Assembly (NCBI GenBank): GCA_965662235.1
Contig: CBFIGY010000001.1
Location: 352,001-416,000 of the forward strand
DNA: 64,000 bases
Direction of reading: 5' to 3'
Source of the DNA: an uncultured bacterium
GTDB lineage: Bacteria; SAR324; NAC60-12
Shown here: positions 28,703 through 38,595 of the stretch, one piece after another
Numbering within the stretch: position 1 is the stretch's first letter
Layout: every line of letters begins with the position of its first letter
The notes under the pieces: model-generated
What the model was told of the DNA's origin: nothing
What the model saw: the letters and a program-made list of their open reading frames with translations, nothing else
Databases searched by the model: none
Translations under genes and position numbers: made by a program

Positions 28703-29457
28703 AAGGCTCCGAGTAGGATCAAGTAGATGCTGGTCTCTGTCAGTTGCTGCACCCCGCCTAGGCAGTCTCCGGTGATGCCACCCAGACGCTGACGCAGGTA
28801 ACGGATGCCTAAACGCTGCAGGGCCCAAGTGCTTCCGAGCACAATGAACCCCCAGAGGCCTGCTCCGCTGAGGAGGGGAAGGGCTCCAGTGAGGAAGGCC
28901 ACCCCAAGTGACGGGAGGCTCAGCGCCATCAAGCCTGACGCCTTTCCCTGTTTGCCGGAACGAAGGTACGGTAAATGAGAGGAGACTTCAATCGCCAAAA
29001 AACGACTCCAGCCGTGAGCCGCCATCCAGATCCAGGGAGCTTGAGCGGCTTCCAGCTCAATCAGGCACGCTGCCTTGAGCAGCATCAGCATTGTGATTCC
29101 CACCACACCGTATGTGCCAAGGCGGGAGTCCTTCATGATGTCGAGGATGCCCTGAGGGGTCCAGCCTCCGCCGAAGCCGTCGCAGGTGTCGGCAAAGCCA
29201 TCTTCGTGCAGAGCGCCGGTCAGGAGGAGGCCTGCGATGAGTCCCAGCAGGATGGCGACAGGCCCCCCAAAGAGTCCGGAGGTGCCCCATGCCACCAGCC
29301 CAGAGGCTCCCCCCACGAGCCATCCCACCAGCGGGAAGTAGCGGGAAACCTCAGTGAGGTCAACAGGGCCATGAAGGGAAAAGGGGGGAGGAAGGCGGGT
29401 GTAGTACCCAAGGGCGCCCCGGAAGCGTCTCTGCTCCTGAAGCCAGTCAGGCATCAT
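28699..29457 (-). CDS. cobS: Adenosylcobinamide-GDP ribazoletransferase
   Basis: TGALHEDGFADTCDG, IMKDSRLG, GGITGDCLG. Confidence 0.93.
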   Translation of the reverse strand: MMPDWLQEQRRFRGALGYYTRLPPPFSLHGPVDLTEVSRYFPLVGWLVGGASGLVAWGTSGLFGGPVAILLGLIAGLLLTGALHEDGFADTCDGFGGGWTPQGILDIMKDSRLGTYGVVGITMLMLLKAACLIELEAAQAPWIWMAAHGWSRFLAIEVSSHLPYLRSGKQGKASGLMALSLPSLGVAFLTGALPLLSGAGLWGFIVLGSTWALQRLGIRYLRQRLGGITGDCLGGVQQLTETSIYLILLGAL

Positions 29458-30490
29458 GACGTGAGCTGACTCCCGCCGACTCGAAAGACGCCATTTCGTT
29501 GAGAAAGAGGGCTGCGGATTGAAGGATCGGGAAGGCCACTGCTGCCCCGGTGCCTTCGCCGAGTCGCATGTTGAGCTGCAGCAAAGGAGTGAGGTTCAGG
29601 AATTCCAGCATCCGTTGGTGCCCCTGTTCGTCAGACTGGTGGCAGCAGATGACGTAGTCCCGCACCTCCGGGTGCATCCGGAAGGCGACTAGGAAGGCGG
29701 CAGTCGCAATGAAGCCGTCCAGCAGAATCAGTTGCTGCTGCTGAGCGGTTTCGAGCATGGCGCCGGTCATCATGGCAATTTCAGCGCCTCCGAAGGTTTG
29801 CAGCACCTTTAGGGGCTCCTGAACGTTGGCGTGGCGCTCCAGGGCTTCGGCAAGGACACGTTGCTTGTGACTCAGGCCAGAGTCGTCCAATCCGGTGCCA
29901 CGGCCCACGCAGTCTTCAAGGGGAAGGTCGGTGAGGCGCTGCATCAAGGCCGCCGCCGCCGAAGTGTTCCCAATTCCCATCTCTCCAAAACCCAAGACGT
30001 TGCTGCCCTGCCGGATTGCCTCCTGTGCCAGTTCCTGCCCATGACGCAGCGCCGTCTGCAGTTCTTCAGACGTGAGAGCCGGTTCCTGAAGAAAGTTCCG
30101 GGTTCCCGCACAGACCTTGCGTCGGACCAGTGCCGGGTGATCCGGCAGCGGAGACTTGACCCCAGCGTCAATGACCTGCAGGTCAATCTGATGCTGGCGG
30201 CAGAAGACGTTGATGGCGGCTCCACCAGCAAGGAAGTTGAGAACCATCTGTGCTGTCACCTCCTGAGGGTAGGGACTGACGCCAGACTCCACAATGCCGT
30301 GGTCTCCAGCAAAGACCAGAAAAGCCGGACGCCGCAGGGTGGGATGGAGGGTGTTTTGAACCAGGCCGATCTTCAGCGCCAGCGCCTCGAGGGTGCCAAG
30401 GGCGCCAACGGGTTTGGTCTTCTGATCAATTCGGTGCTGCAGGGACTCGGTCAGGGGGGAATCCAGAGGAAGGAGGGACCATTCGGGCAT
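29447..30490 (-). CDS. cobT: Nicotinate-nucleotide--dimethylbenzimidazole phosphoribosyltransferase
   Basis: KTKPVGALG, FAGDHG, GEMGIGNT, MRLGEGTGA. Confidence 0.94.
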   Translation of the reverse strand: MPEWSLLPLDSPLTESLQHRIDQKTKPVGALGTLEALALKIGLVQNTLHPTLRRPAFLVFAGDHGIVESGVSPYPQEVTAQMVLNFLAGGAAINVFCRQHQIDLQVIDAGVKSPLPDHPALVRRKVCAGTRNFLQEPALTSEELQTALRHGQELAQEAIRQGSNVLGFGEMGIGNTSAAAALMQRLTDLPLEDCVGRGTGLDDSGLSHKQRVLAEALERHANVQEPLKVLQTFGGAEIAMMTGAMLETAQQQQLILLDGFIATAAFLVAFRMHPEVRDYVICCHQSDEQGHQRMLEFLNLTPLLQLNMRLGEGTGAAVAFPILQSAALFLNEMASFESAGVSSRHDA

Positions 30491-30512
30491 AGTGCATTTT
30501 CCAGAAAGGCGT

Positions 30513-31478
30513 TTATCGGCGGGAAGCCGTGTTCCGGACCGCCTGCCGCTCCAGCAGAAACACCAGCAGAAATCCCACGAGCGCTGCAGCGAGGGCAAAG
30601 GCAAATCCAGCATTCAGGTCAGGGAAGATGTTCTCTTCACGGAGCACGTACTCCTTGCCCCGGATGAGCTGAGTCTCCAGGGTGATCTTCCACGGCCAGA
30701 CCTTGCGCATGGCGCCGATCATGATGCCGGTCAGCAGCGCCATGGTCGTGGAGTGATAATGAGCCAGGGCGTAGCGCAGCAACCGGGAGAAGCCTCCCAG
30801 CCCCACCGCACAGCCTGCCGCAAAGACCAGCAGGATCGCCAGGCTGCCTTCGGCAAAGGGGTTGCGGAGGGCTTCGGTGATGAAGGCGTACTTACCGAGG
30901 ATCAGCAGAATGAAGGACCCGCTGATGCCCGGAAGGATCATTGCGCAGATGGCGATCATGCCGCAGAGGAAGATGAACCACGACTCTTCCGGCGTCCACA
31001 CGGGAATCAGGCCTGTGAGGTTCCAGCCAAACAGGGTCCCAAGGACCAGCCAAAGGCTTCCGGAGCGCCAGTCCTGAATCTCTCGGCTGAGGAAGAGGAT
31101 GGAGGCGGTGATCAGTCCGAAGAAGAGCGACCACGTGGGCACTGGATGCGTGTTGAGCAGGTAGTGCATCAGGCGCGCAGTGCTGACCAGAGCCACGAGC
31201 ACCCCTAGCCCGAGGAACAACAGGAAGCGCAGGTGCATCAGCGCCAGAGACTCCTTCAGGCGTCCCCGGAGCAGCAACCCAATGGCAGGTGCGTTGATGG
31301 AGGTGATGGCCGTCAGCAGCTGCTGGTAGATGCCTGTGATGAAGGCGATGGTGCCTCCGGAGACGCCAGGGATGATGTCGGCGGTGCCCATGCCGGCCCC
31401 TTTCAGGAACAGGAGCCCGGCTTCTTGAGGGGTCTGTGGTCCTGGACTGGCCATCCAGGCAGATTTCCAAGTGGTCAT
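30513..31478 (-). CDS. DUF368 undecaprenyl-phosphate translocase family
   Basis: MGTADIIPGVSGGTIA and AMILPGISGS repeats; multi-TM. Confidence 0.9.
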   Translation of the reverse strand: MTTWKSAWMASPGPQTPQEAGLLFLKGAGMGTADIIPGVSGGTIAFITGIYQQLLTAITSINAPAIGLLLRGRLKESLALMHLRFLLFLGLGVLVALVSTARLMHYLLNTHPVPTWSLFFGLITASILFLSREIQDWRSGSLWLVLGTLFGWNLTGLIPVWTPEESWFIFLCGMIAICAMILPGISGSFILLILGKYAFITEALRNPFAEGSLAILLVFAAGCAVGLGGFSRLLRYALAHYHSTTMALLTGIMIGAMRKVWPWKITLETQLIRGKEYVLREENIFPDLNAGFAFALAAALVGFLLVFLLERQAVRNTASRR

Positions 31479-31482
31479 GGTG

Positions 31483-31824
31483 TCAGGCTGAGGTCGTGGC
31501 GGCAAGGCGTTGGGCGCCATCTCCCCCGTGGCAATTCGGGGTCTGATGCACCTGCTGTCCGGAGGCTTCCCACTGCGCCGGTGTCTGGGCCCGGACGGAG
31601 AGGGCGTGGACGCCGCCTGAGAGTTCTTCCTGCAGCACCTGATACACCGCCTGGTGCCGTTCCCGGAGCTTCAGGCCGTCAAATTGGGCTGAGACCACGG
31701 TTACCTTGAAGTGTGACTCTGCTCCCGGAGGAACGTTGTGCTTGTGGCTCTCATTCTCCACCTCCAGCGCTTGTGGCTGAAAGGCGGCGGTCAGCTTGGC
31801 TTCAATGGATTTTTGAATCTTCAT
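31483..31824 (-). CDS. bolA: BolA family protein
   Basis: NESHKHNVP.G.ESHFKV, RHQ.VY, GVHAL. Confidence 0.93.
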   Translation of the reverse strand: MKIQKSIEAKLTAAFQPQALEVENESHKHNVPPGAESHFKVTVVSAQFDGLKLRERHQAVYQVLQEELSGGVHALSVRAQTPAQWEASGQQVHQTPNCHGGDGAQRLAATTSA

Positions 31825-31832
31825 AGGATTTT

Positions 31833-32591
31833 TCAGATACGGGCTCCGCCACTGATTTCAATGACTTCCCCAGTGAAGTAATCGTTTTTGAGGATGAACA
31901 GGACTCCCTCGGAAATTTCCCGAGGCTCCGCAAAGCGCTTCAGGGGAACCTGCTCCGTGAAGAGAGATTTGACCTCCTCCTTGAGGGAAAGGACCATTTC
32001 GGTTGCCGTGAATCCGGGGGCCACCGCAGCGGCACGGATGCCGTAGGGGGCCAGCTCTTTGGCCCAGAGCACGGCCATGGCGGCAACACCGGCTTTGGCG
32101 GCGGAGTAGTTGCTCTGGCCGAAGTTCCCATGCCGGGCAATGCTGGAGATGTTGATCAGGACCCCTGGTTTTTTAAGCTTCACCAGCTGGGCGGCGGCTT
32201 CGCGGCCACAGAGGAAGACCCCTGTGAGGTTGACGTCAATCACCGCCTGCCACTTTTCCAGCGGGAACTTGCGGAGCTCCCCATTCTTTTCTCGGACGAG
32301 CAGGTTGTCCCGCAGAATGCCGGCGTTCTGGATGCTCGCATCCAGGGTTCCGAAGTCGGCAACCACCTGCTCATAAAGCCCTTCCACCTCGGCCTCATCG
32401 GCCACATTCACGGCATAGCTGCGGACCTGGGCTCCGGCAGCTGAGACGGCTTCTTGAGCGGCGGCCAGCGCCTCTTCATTGCGATCCACAAGCGCCAGGC
32501 GAGCCCCTTCCGCGGCACAGTCCAAGGCAAACTGCTTGCCCAGTCCCTGAGCTGCGCCGGTGATGACGATTACTTTATCCTTGAGGTCCAT
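31833..32591 (-). CDS. SDR, 3-oxoacyl reductase-like
   Basis: TGAAQGLG, NAGILRD, GNFGQSNYSAAK. Confidence 0.88.
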   Translation of the reverse strand: MDLKDKVIVITGAAQGLGKQFALDCAAEGARLALVDRNEEALAAAQEAVSAAGAQVRSYAVNVADEAEVEGLYEQVVADFGTLDASIQNAGILRDNLLVREKNGELRKFPLEKWQAVIDVNLTGVFLCGREAAAQLVKLKKPGVLINISSIARHGNFGQSNYSAAKAGVAAMAVLWAKELAPYGIRAAAVAPGFTATEMVLSLKEEVKSLFTEQVPLKRFAEPREISEGVLFILKNDYFTGEVIEISGGARI

Positions 32592-32780
32592 GAGCAATAC
32601 ACCCTGCAAAAGTCTGAGGTCAGCGTGGTGCTGGGAATGAGCGGGCGGGCAACCGTCCGGAAGCTCCGGAGGAAATTCCAGCAACACACGAGGAGATCTT
32701 CCAAATGGTAAGGACCTCCGAGAAACATCACAAACTATTCCCGTGAACGGAAGCGTGTTGCCGGGGAGAAGGCGAAAGGG

Positions 32781-34244
32781 CTAGAGGGACGCGAGGTCCC
32801 GAGGAAGGGCTTCAAACTGCTGCAGGCGCTCCAAAAGGTAGTGCTGCAACGGGGCTTCGGGCTCAAGCACTTGCTCTGCAGCAGGCTTGGCGTGAAGGGT
32901 GGACTCAAGGGCGGCACCCGCAGCGGCCTGAGCCAGGCGGACGGCTCCCAGTGCGGCGGCAACTTCCCGGTGTTGGGCAAGGACCAGCGGGCGATTGAGG
33001 AGGCTGGCGATCATCTTTCCCCAAAGCAGGTTGCGGGCTCCGCCTCCGACAAAGCGGATTTCGCCTAGGGTCAGGTCGTGTTCCTGCTGGGCCCGCAGGC
33101 ATTCGTAAACCTGAAAGGCGACGCCTTCCATGACAGACCACATCAGGTGTGCCCGGTTGGTGGAAAGGGAGATTCCTGCGAGCACGCCACGGGCGCCTGG
33201 TTGCAGGTAGGGGGTGCGGATGCCGTTGAAGTTCGGACGCATCACCGGGAGGGCTTCCTGGGTCAGGCGTTCCGTGAGCGCTTCGGCTTCTTCTGCCAGT
33301 GTGGCCACCGGTGTCTGGGTGAGCTGACTCAGCCAATCAACAGAGGCGGTTGCACTCATGACCACGCCCATGGAGAGGAAGGCCTCTGGGACGACATGCG
33401 CGCTGGTCATGACGGCGATCTCAGGGGCTGGCCGGAAGGTGGCGTCCACAATGCAAGTGACCGCAGACGTGCCCAGGCTGACGATGGTGTCGCTGGGACG
33501 CGTCACACCGGCGCCGAGGGCTCCAACCATGTTGTCTCCTCCACCAGCGGCAACAGGAAGACCGGCGGTCATGCCCCAACGCTGAGCCAGCTCCGGACGC
33601 AGTCCGCCTGCAGGCGCCCAAGAGGGCACCAGCGGAGGCAGTTGATCCAAGGACCACCCGGCGGCTTCGCAAAGAGCCGGGTCCCAGGTGCCGGTGGCAC
33701 AGTCCATGAGCATCAGGCCGGCAGCATCGCTGGGTTCGCTGGCGCGTTCTCCGGTCAGCCAGAGCCGCACGTAGTCCTTGGGCAGCAGGAGGCAGTCTGT
33801 CTGTTCCAGCACCTCTGGTTCATGCTGAGCCAGCCAGAGGAGTTTGGGAGCCCCCATGCCTGGATCGGGAATGCCGTTGGCGCGGTAACCGAGGTCCGGA
33901 ACCCGCTGAAGGAGGGTGTGGCATTCGGTGGTGGCGCGTTCGTCATTCCAGAGCAGGGTGGCACGCACCGGCTGATCGGCCTGGTTGATGAGGACGGGGC
34001 CGAGCATGTGTCCGGAAAGGCCAATGGCCGCAACGCCGGCAAGCGCCTGAGGAGCAGAGGTGTGGAGGTGCGTGAAGCACTGCTCAATGGCCTGAGTCCA
34101 GGCGTCCGGATGCTGTTCACTCCATCCGGGAGCAGGGCGGGAGGTGGTGATGGGGGCGTTGGCTTCGGCAAGAATCTGGTTGGTGGCATCCACCAAGACC
34201 ACCTTGACGCCGGAGGTCCCCAGATCAATCCCAGCAAAGTTCAT
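32781..34244 (-). CDS. FGGY carbohydrate kinase (xylulokinase-like, divergent copy)
   Basis: GIDLGTSGVK, GLSGHMLG, LWND, PKDYVR, GGGDN, SLGTS, GGGARN. Confidence 0.88.
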   Translation of the reverse strand: MNFAGIDLGTSGVKVVLVDATNQILAEANAPITTSRPAPGWSEQHPDAWTQAIEQCFTHLHTSAPQALAGVAAIGLSGHMLGPVLINQADQPVRATLLWNDERATTECHTLLQRVPDLGYRANGIPDPGMGAPKLLWLAQHEPEVLEQTDCLLLPKDYVRLWLTGERASEPSDAAGLMLMDCATGTWDPALCEAAGWSLDQLPPLVPSWAPAGGLRPELAQRWGMTAGLPVAAGGGDNMVGALGAGVTRPSDTIVSLGTSAVTCIVDATFRPAPEIAVMTSAHVVPEAFLSMGVVMSATASVDWLSQLTQTPVATLAEEAEALTERLTQEALPVMRPNFNGIRTPYLQPGARGVLAGISLSTNRAHLMWSVMEGVAFQVYECLRAQQEHDLTLGEIRFVGGGARNLLWGKMIASLLNRPLVLAQHREVAAALGAVRLAQAAAGAALESTLHAKPAAEQVLEPEAPLQHYLLERLQQFEALPRDLASL

Positions 34245-35221
34245 GGTTCCTGCTTCTGGTCCGCGCTTAACATTTCACGGGCGGTGTCCTCATCGGTGAT
34301 GAGGATGCTGATGAGGCCAGCCTTGAGGGCAGCCCGGATGATCGGAATCTTGTGACGTCCTCCAGCTGCGAGGATGACGCTCTTGATCTGCCGCAGGTCA
34401 TCAAGGTCAATGCCGATGATGCGCTCGTTGATTGGGTGATCAATGAGCTCCCCATTGGCATTCAGCATGAAGCCGAGGACGTCTCCGACAGCGCCCTGCT
34501 CAAGCAGCTCCTCAATGGTCACGCCCTTGGGCAGCCCGTACCGGATCAGCAGGGCGCGACGGGACATGTCGCCTGCTGCCATGCAGAGGGCGTCTACAGA
34601 GGTGACCTTGCTGATGGACTCCTTGAAGACGTTCAGCTCACAGATGATGTCCCGGCTGTGCTTGGAGTCCGCATAGAGAGGTGCCGTTAGGTAGCTGTGC
34701 TGGGCGTTGCAGAGTTCCGCTAGGCGGGTGGTGATTTCAAAGCTGTTGATCTCGGACCCCTTGGAGAGGCCTCCCATCACAGAGACAATTTCCAGATCAG
34801 GACGGTTGAGGGGCTCCATGGAGCGGGTGGCGTGGCTGAGGGTGCCTCCCCAAGACATGCCAAACAGGCGGATTTCCGGACGTGTGAGGTACTGATTGAG
34901 GAAGCTCCCCAGAGCGGTTCCTACGAGCAGCTGGACGTTGTCTGGACTGCCCGCGGGGGCCACATGGGCTTCCTTGAGCTGATAAGTTGCCTTGAGCTGG
35001 CTCTCAAGCTCGGCGCAGGGCGCGTAGTCGGAGTTGATGGAAATCCGGAGGAGGCCACGGCGCCGGACGTCTCCCAGGGCCTTGTTGACCCGCAGGCGAG
35101 TGACGCCAAAGCGCTCGGCAGCAGCGGCCTGAGTGAGCCCTTCGATGTAGCAGGCCCAAGCGACCCGAACAAGAAAGCGTTCTTCTTCATCACTCTGAAG
35201 GGACCGGAGGGCTCGACTCAT
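34241..35221 (-). CDS. SorC/DeoR-family sugar-binding transcriptional regulator
   Basis: VAWACYIEGLTQ HTH, SWGGT, GAVGD, AAGG..K. Confidence 0.9.
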   Translation of the reverse strand: MSRALRSLQSDEEERFLVRVAWACYIEGLTQAAAAERFGVTRLRVNKALGDVRRRGLLRISINSDYAPCAELESQLKATYQLKEAHVAPAGSPDNVQLLVGTALGSFLNQYLTRPEIRLFGMSWGGTLSHATRSMEPLNRPDLEIVSVMGGLSKGSEINSFEITTRLAELCNAQHSYLTAPLYADSKHSRDIICELNVFKESISKVTSVDALCMAAGDMSRRALLIRYGLPKGVTIEELLEQGAVGDVLGFMLNANGELIDHPINERIIGIDLDDLRQIKSVILAAGGRHKIPIIRAALKAGLISILITDEDTAREMLSADQKQEP

Positions 35222-35261
35222 GGGAAGGCGCGGAAGGGTTAGGGTTGCTGGAGCATCAAGA

Positions 35262-36086
35262 CTACTTGACCGCGCCCATGGTCAGTCCCTGCACCAGCTG
35301 CTTAGAGGCGATGAGGGCAAAGATGATAACGGGAACGACAATCAGTGTGGAGGTCGCCATGATCTTTCCGTACGGCAAACTGTACCCCTCCATGAAACTA
35401 ACCGCCATGGCAGGCGCAGTCTTGGCATTCGTACGGGTGAGGACCAAGGCAAACATTAGCTCGTTCCAGGAAAAGATAAAGGAAAAAATGCTGGAAACCG
35501 CCACACCAGGAGCCGCCAGGGGAAGGCAGATGGAGCGGAAAATCCGCCACTGCCCGGCCCCGTCAACGATGGCTGCTTCATCCAATTCCCGAGGGATGGC
35601 CCGGAACTGATCGGTACAGATCCAGATCACAATGGGCAGGTTGAAGGTGAGGTAGATCAGGATCAGCACCAGGTGTGTGTCCAGCAGCTTCAGGTTCCGG
35701 ACAATGAGGAAGAAGGGCAGCGCAAGAACGATGGGGCTGACCATGCGGTTGGTGATGAACCAGAACCAGAGGTCCTTCTTGCCCCGGAACTCAAAGCGCG
35801 CCAGCGCATAGGCGGCCGGAGTGCCCAGCAGAACGGCGATGATCGTGGTGCAGACGGCAACAATCAGGGAGTTGATGAGGTTCTTTCCCACCCCGTCCTT
35901 GAAGAGCACCTCCGTGTAGTTGCTGAAGGTGACATCAAAGATCCAGGCTGGTGGCGATTGCAACGCCACGATCTGGTCCTTGAGGCTGGTGGTCACCATC
36001 CAGTAAAAGGGAAAGATGCAGAACAGGATGATGAGGAACAGCAGTCCACCCTGAAGCACCAAAGAGGTTTTTCGATAAGAGGGCAT
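35262..36086 (-). CDS. Carbohydrate ABC permease (CUT1)
   Basis: EAAIVDGA loop, FSWNE, QGLTMGAVK. Confidence 0.92.
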   Translation of the reverse strand: MPSYRKTSLVLQGGLLFLIILFCIFPFYWMVTTSLKDQIVALQSPPAWIFDVTFSNYTEVLFKDGVGKNLINSLIVAVCTTIIAVLLGTPAAYALARFEFRGKKDLWFWFITNRMVSPIVLALPFFLIVRNLKLLDTHLVLILIYLTFNLPIVIWICTDQFRAIPRELDEAAIVDGAGQWRIFRSICLPLAAPGVAVSSIFSFIFSWNELMFALVLTRTNAKTAPAMAVSFMEGYSLPYGKIMATSTLIVVPVIIFALIASKQLVQGLTMGAVK

Positions 36087-36090
36087 CGGC

Positions 36091-36969
36091 CTAATTGTCA
36101 ACTTCGTTGTAGAAGAAGCGGATGTACAGCTGGCTGAGCACAATGGTGATGATCAGGAGGATGATGGCCTGAGCTGAGGCCAGACCCTGGTCAAAGGCTC
36201 GGAAGCCAACCCGCTGAATCATCAAGCTGATCAACTCGGTGGCGGAGCCAGGACCCCCTCGGGTCATGGTGAACACCATGTCAAACAACTTAAGTGTGTC
36301 TGCTGTCCGCAGGATGAGGATGGCGGTCAATCCGGGAATGAGAAAGGGCAACTGGACGTGCCAGAGGATGGTCACCCAGCTGGTGGTCTCCAGTCGAGCG
36401 GCCTCTTCAATCTCTGCCGGAACGGTGGTCAGTCCCGCCAGCAGCACCAGCGCACAAAAAGGCGCCCACTGCCAAACGTCCCAGAAGGCAACGGCAATGA
36501 ACGCATTCGTGGGGTCTCCAATCCAGTTGATCGGCTCAACACCCAAGAAGCCAATCAGCTGGTTGACGACACCGTACTTGATGTTGAACATGACCTGTCC
36601 CAACAGACCCACCACCGAGTACGTGGTGGCCATCGGAATCACCAGCGAAAGGCGAGTCAGGGTCTTGAAGAACGTCAGTCCGGGCTTGTGAATCAGTAAC
36701 GCAACGCCCAGCCCAATGAAGATCTGGAGGGGCAGTACAATGACAAGCAGCAGAAAGGTACGCTGCATCGCGTCCCAGAACACCGGGTCTGTGAGGACAA
36801 AGGCAAAGTTGTCTAGGCCAATGAACTTGACCTTCCGGAGCTTGGTGAGGTTGTAGTCGTGAAGGGAGGTATAGACGGCGAACAGCAACGGGATGATGCC
36901 AATTACTGCCAAGGAGATGATCGAGGGTGCCAGAAAGGCGAAGACGGTGCTTCGTCGTGTTTTTCCCAT
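36091..36969 (-). CDS. Carbohydrate ABC permease (CUT1)
   Basis: GLDNF, DVWQWAPF, EAARLE, TRGGPG. Confidence 0.92.
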   Translation of the reverse strand: MGKTRRSTVFAFLAPSIISLAVIGIIPLLFAVYTSLHDYNLTKLRKVKFIGLDNFAFVLTDPVFWDAMQRTFLLLVIVLPLQIFIGLGVALLIHKPGLTFFKTLTRLSLVIPMATTYSVVGLLGQVMFNIKYGVVNQLIGFLGVEPINWIGDPTNAFIAVAFWDVWQWAPFCALVLLAGLTTVPAEIEEAARLETTSWVTILWHVQLPFLIPGLTAILILRTADTLKLFDMVFTMTRGGPGSATELISLMIQRVGFRAFDQGLASAQAIILLIITIVLSQLYIRFFYNEVDN

Positions 36970-36992
36970 GGGAGATCCCTAGAGACGTGAAA

Positions 36993-37018
36993 GGAGGACC
37001 TCCGTGAGGAGGACCTCC
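36993..37018 (-). terminator. Intergenic stem-loop after SBP gene (attenuator/mRNA stabiliser)
   Basis: GGAGGACCTCC-GTGA-GGAGGACCTCC folds into a hairpin with one mismatch. Confidence 0.35.
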
Positions 37019-37040
37019 CTAAGGGCGGATCAATCAGGGC

Positions 37041-38381
37041 TTACTGAGCCAGAGGCTTTTCGCCTGAGTAGTATCCTGCTTCTTCCAGGACGTTTTCCAT
37101 GCGGTCTCCGAGGATGCGGGCTCCCTCTTCAGTGGAAACCTCGTTGAGCATCATCTTGGTGCCCCACTCCTGGACGATCTCGGTGATCTCAGGCCACTCG
37201 GCGAAGCGAGGGCGGAACTCCGGAACACCGTCCTGCCAGCTTTCCACCAGGTCCGGGACGAAGTCATACTGCTGAGCCACACCCGGCAGGTTGTACACCG
37301 ACTGACGCGCCGGGACTCCTCCCATTTCCAGGTACTGCTTGGACTTCTCCTTGGAGGTCACCCACTGAATGAAGAGCCAAGCGGCTCCCTGCTCCTGCTC
37401 GCTGGCCTGCGTGGTGACCGCCATGGAGAAGCCACCAAGGGCCGGCTTTCGACCGTTCGGGCCCATGGGCTCCGGAGCAATGGCCAGACAGTCTCCAATC
37501 TTGGAGGTCTTCGGATCCTTCAAGGTGGAGTAGAAGGAGGACCACTCGGTGATGATCGCCACGTCACCCTGTGCGAGCGCGTTGACGGTCTCGGCGTGGT
37601 CATAGGACACAATGCCCGGAGGCATGTACTTCATCAGCTCTTGGCGGAACTTGAGTCCCGACTGGCTGCCCGGGGAAAGGAGGTTGGACCGGAAGTTCTC
37701 ATCCAGGAAGGAACCCCCAAACGGCCACAGCATCCGTGCGAAGCTGTCTGCGGACTGGGTCTCATTCCGCTTGGACTGCAGAGCATAGGCGTACTTGCCA
37801 TCCTTGGTCAGAGCCGGTCCGTAGACGTACATCAGCTCGGCCCAGGTCTGAGGCGGGCGGCTGAATCCGGCCTGCTCCAGCATGCAGCGGTTATAGAACA
37901 TCAAACCGGAATAGTTGTCAAACGGCAGACCGTAAATCTTGCCATTCCAACCACCGAAGGCGTTGAGCACCAACGGGAAGAAGTCGTTCATGTCCAGGTT
38001 CGGGTCCGCCAGATCCGGATTGGAGGTGAACTTGTCAATGGGCTCGACCCAGCCGTTTTCGACAAAGTTGCCGATCCACACCAGGTCGATCAGAGCAATG
38101 TCCAGGTCTCCCCCGGCCACAAAGTCACGGACCTGCTCCCCCAATGCATTCTCATAGGGGTGCTTGATGATGTTGACCTTGATTCCCGTCTTCTTCTCAA
38201 ATTCGGGAAGCATCTTCTCAGCCGCTTCGTAGCCCGGACGCAGTAGGAAGACCACGTCTACCGTGGTTCCCGCGTAGGGCTTGGCTGCTTCTTCCAAGGA
38301 CCAGGCCGCTGCGGTCTGGACCATGCTCAAGGCGACCCCTGCAGTGATCGCCAAACTCTTTAGCATCGCTCTAATCTTCAT
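37041..38381 (-). CDS. Sugar/polyol ABC substrate-binding protein (CUT1)
   Basis: Signal peptide, AAKPYAG, FEKKTGIKV, YGLPFD, AWLFIQW; GAGG RBS before ATG 38381. Confidence 0.9.
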   Translation of the reverse strand: MKIRAMLKSLAITAGVALSMVQTAAAWSLEEAAKPYAGTTVDVVFLLRPGYEAAEKMLPEFEKKTGIKVNIIKHPYENALGEQVRDFVAGGDLDIALIDLVWIGNFVENGWVEPIDKFTSNPDLADPNLDMNDFFPLVLNAFGGWNGKIYGLPFDNYSGLMFYNRCMLEQAGFSRPPQTWAELMYVYGPALTKDGKYAYALQSKRNETQSADSFARMLWPFGGSFLDENFRSNLLSPGSQSGLKFRQELMKYMPPGIVSYDHAETVNALAQGDVAIITEWSSFYSTLKDPKTSKIGDCLAIAPEPMGPNGRKPALGGFSMAVTTQASEQEQGAAWLFIQWVTSKEKSKQYLEMGGVPARQSVYNLPGVAQQYDFVPDLVESWQDGVPEFRPRFAEWPEITEIVQEWGTKMMLNEVSTEEGARILGDRMENVLEEAGYYSGEKPLAQ

Positions 38382-38412
38382 ATATGCCTCATGAGAGCAA
38401 GTTGTGGTTGAC

Positions 38413-38488
38413 GTTACCAAAGTAATATGCAAAATAGATACATATTACAAAAGTAACTTGAACAATGTTCATGTAACACAATCGTAAT
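38413..38488. promoter_or_regulatory. Putative operator array in AT-rich divergent promoter
   Basis: GTTACcaaaGTAAT (38413), ATTACaaaaGTAAC (38444), degenerate AACACaatcGTAAT (38475); 31-bp period; TTGACG (+) and TTGACA (-) at the flanks. Confidence 0.6.
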
Positions 38489-38595
38489 GTCAACGAAAAA
38501 ATGAAACCGGAGAGAGAAAGGGGGGAGAACATGCATCAGAGGATCGGAGCAGGTGGCTCCAGAGATACCGTAATGAGTTGTGACAAAGGATATTG

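Noticed and set aside
32592..32780. Cobalamin riboswitch upstream of the cobT/cobS-containing operon
   Set aside because: No B12-box or GCCACTG signature in this intergenic region.
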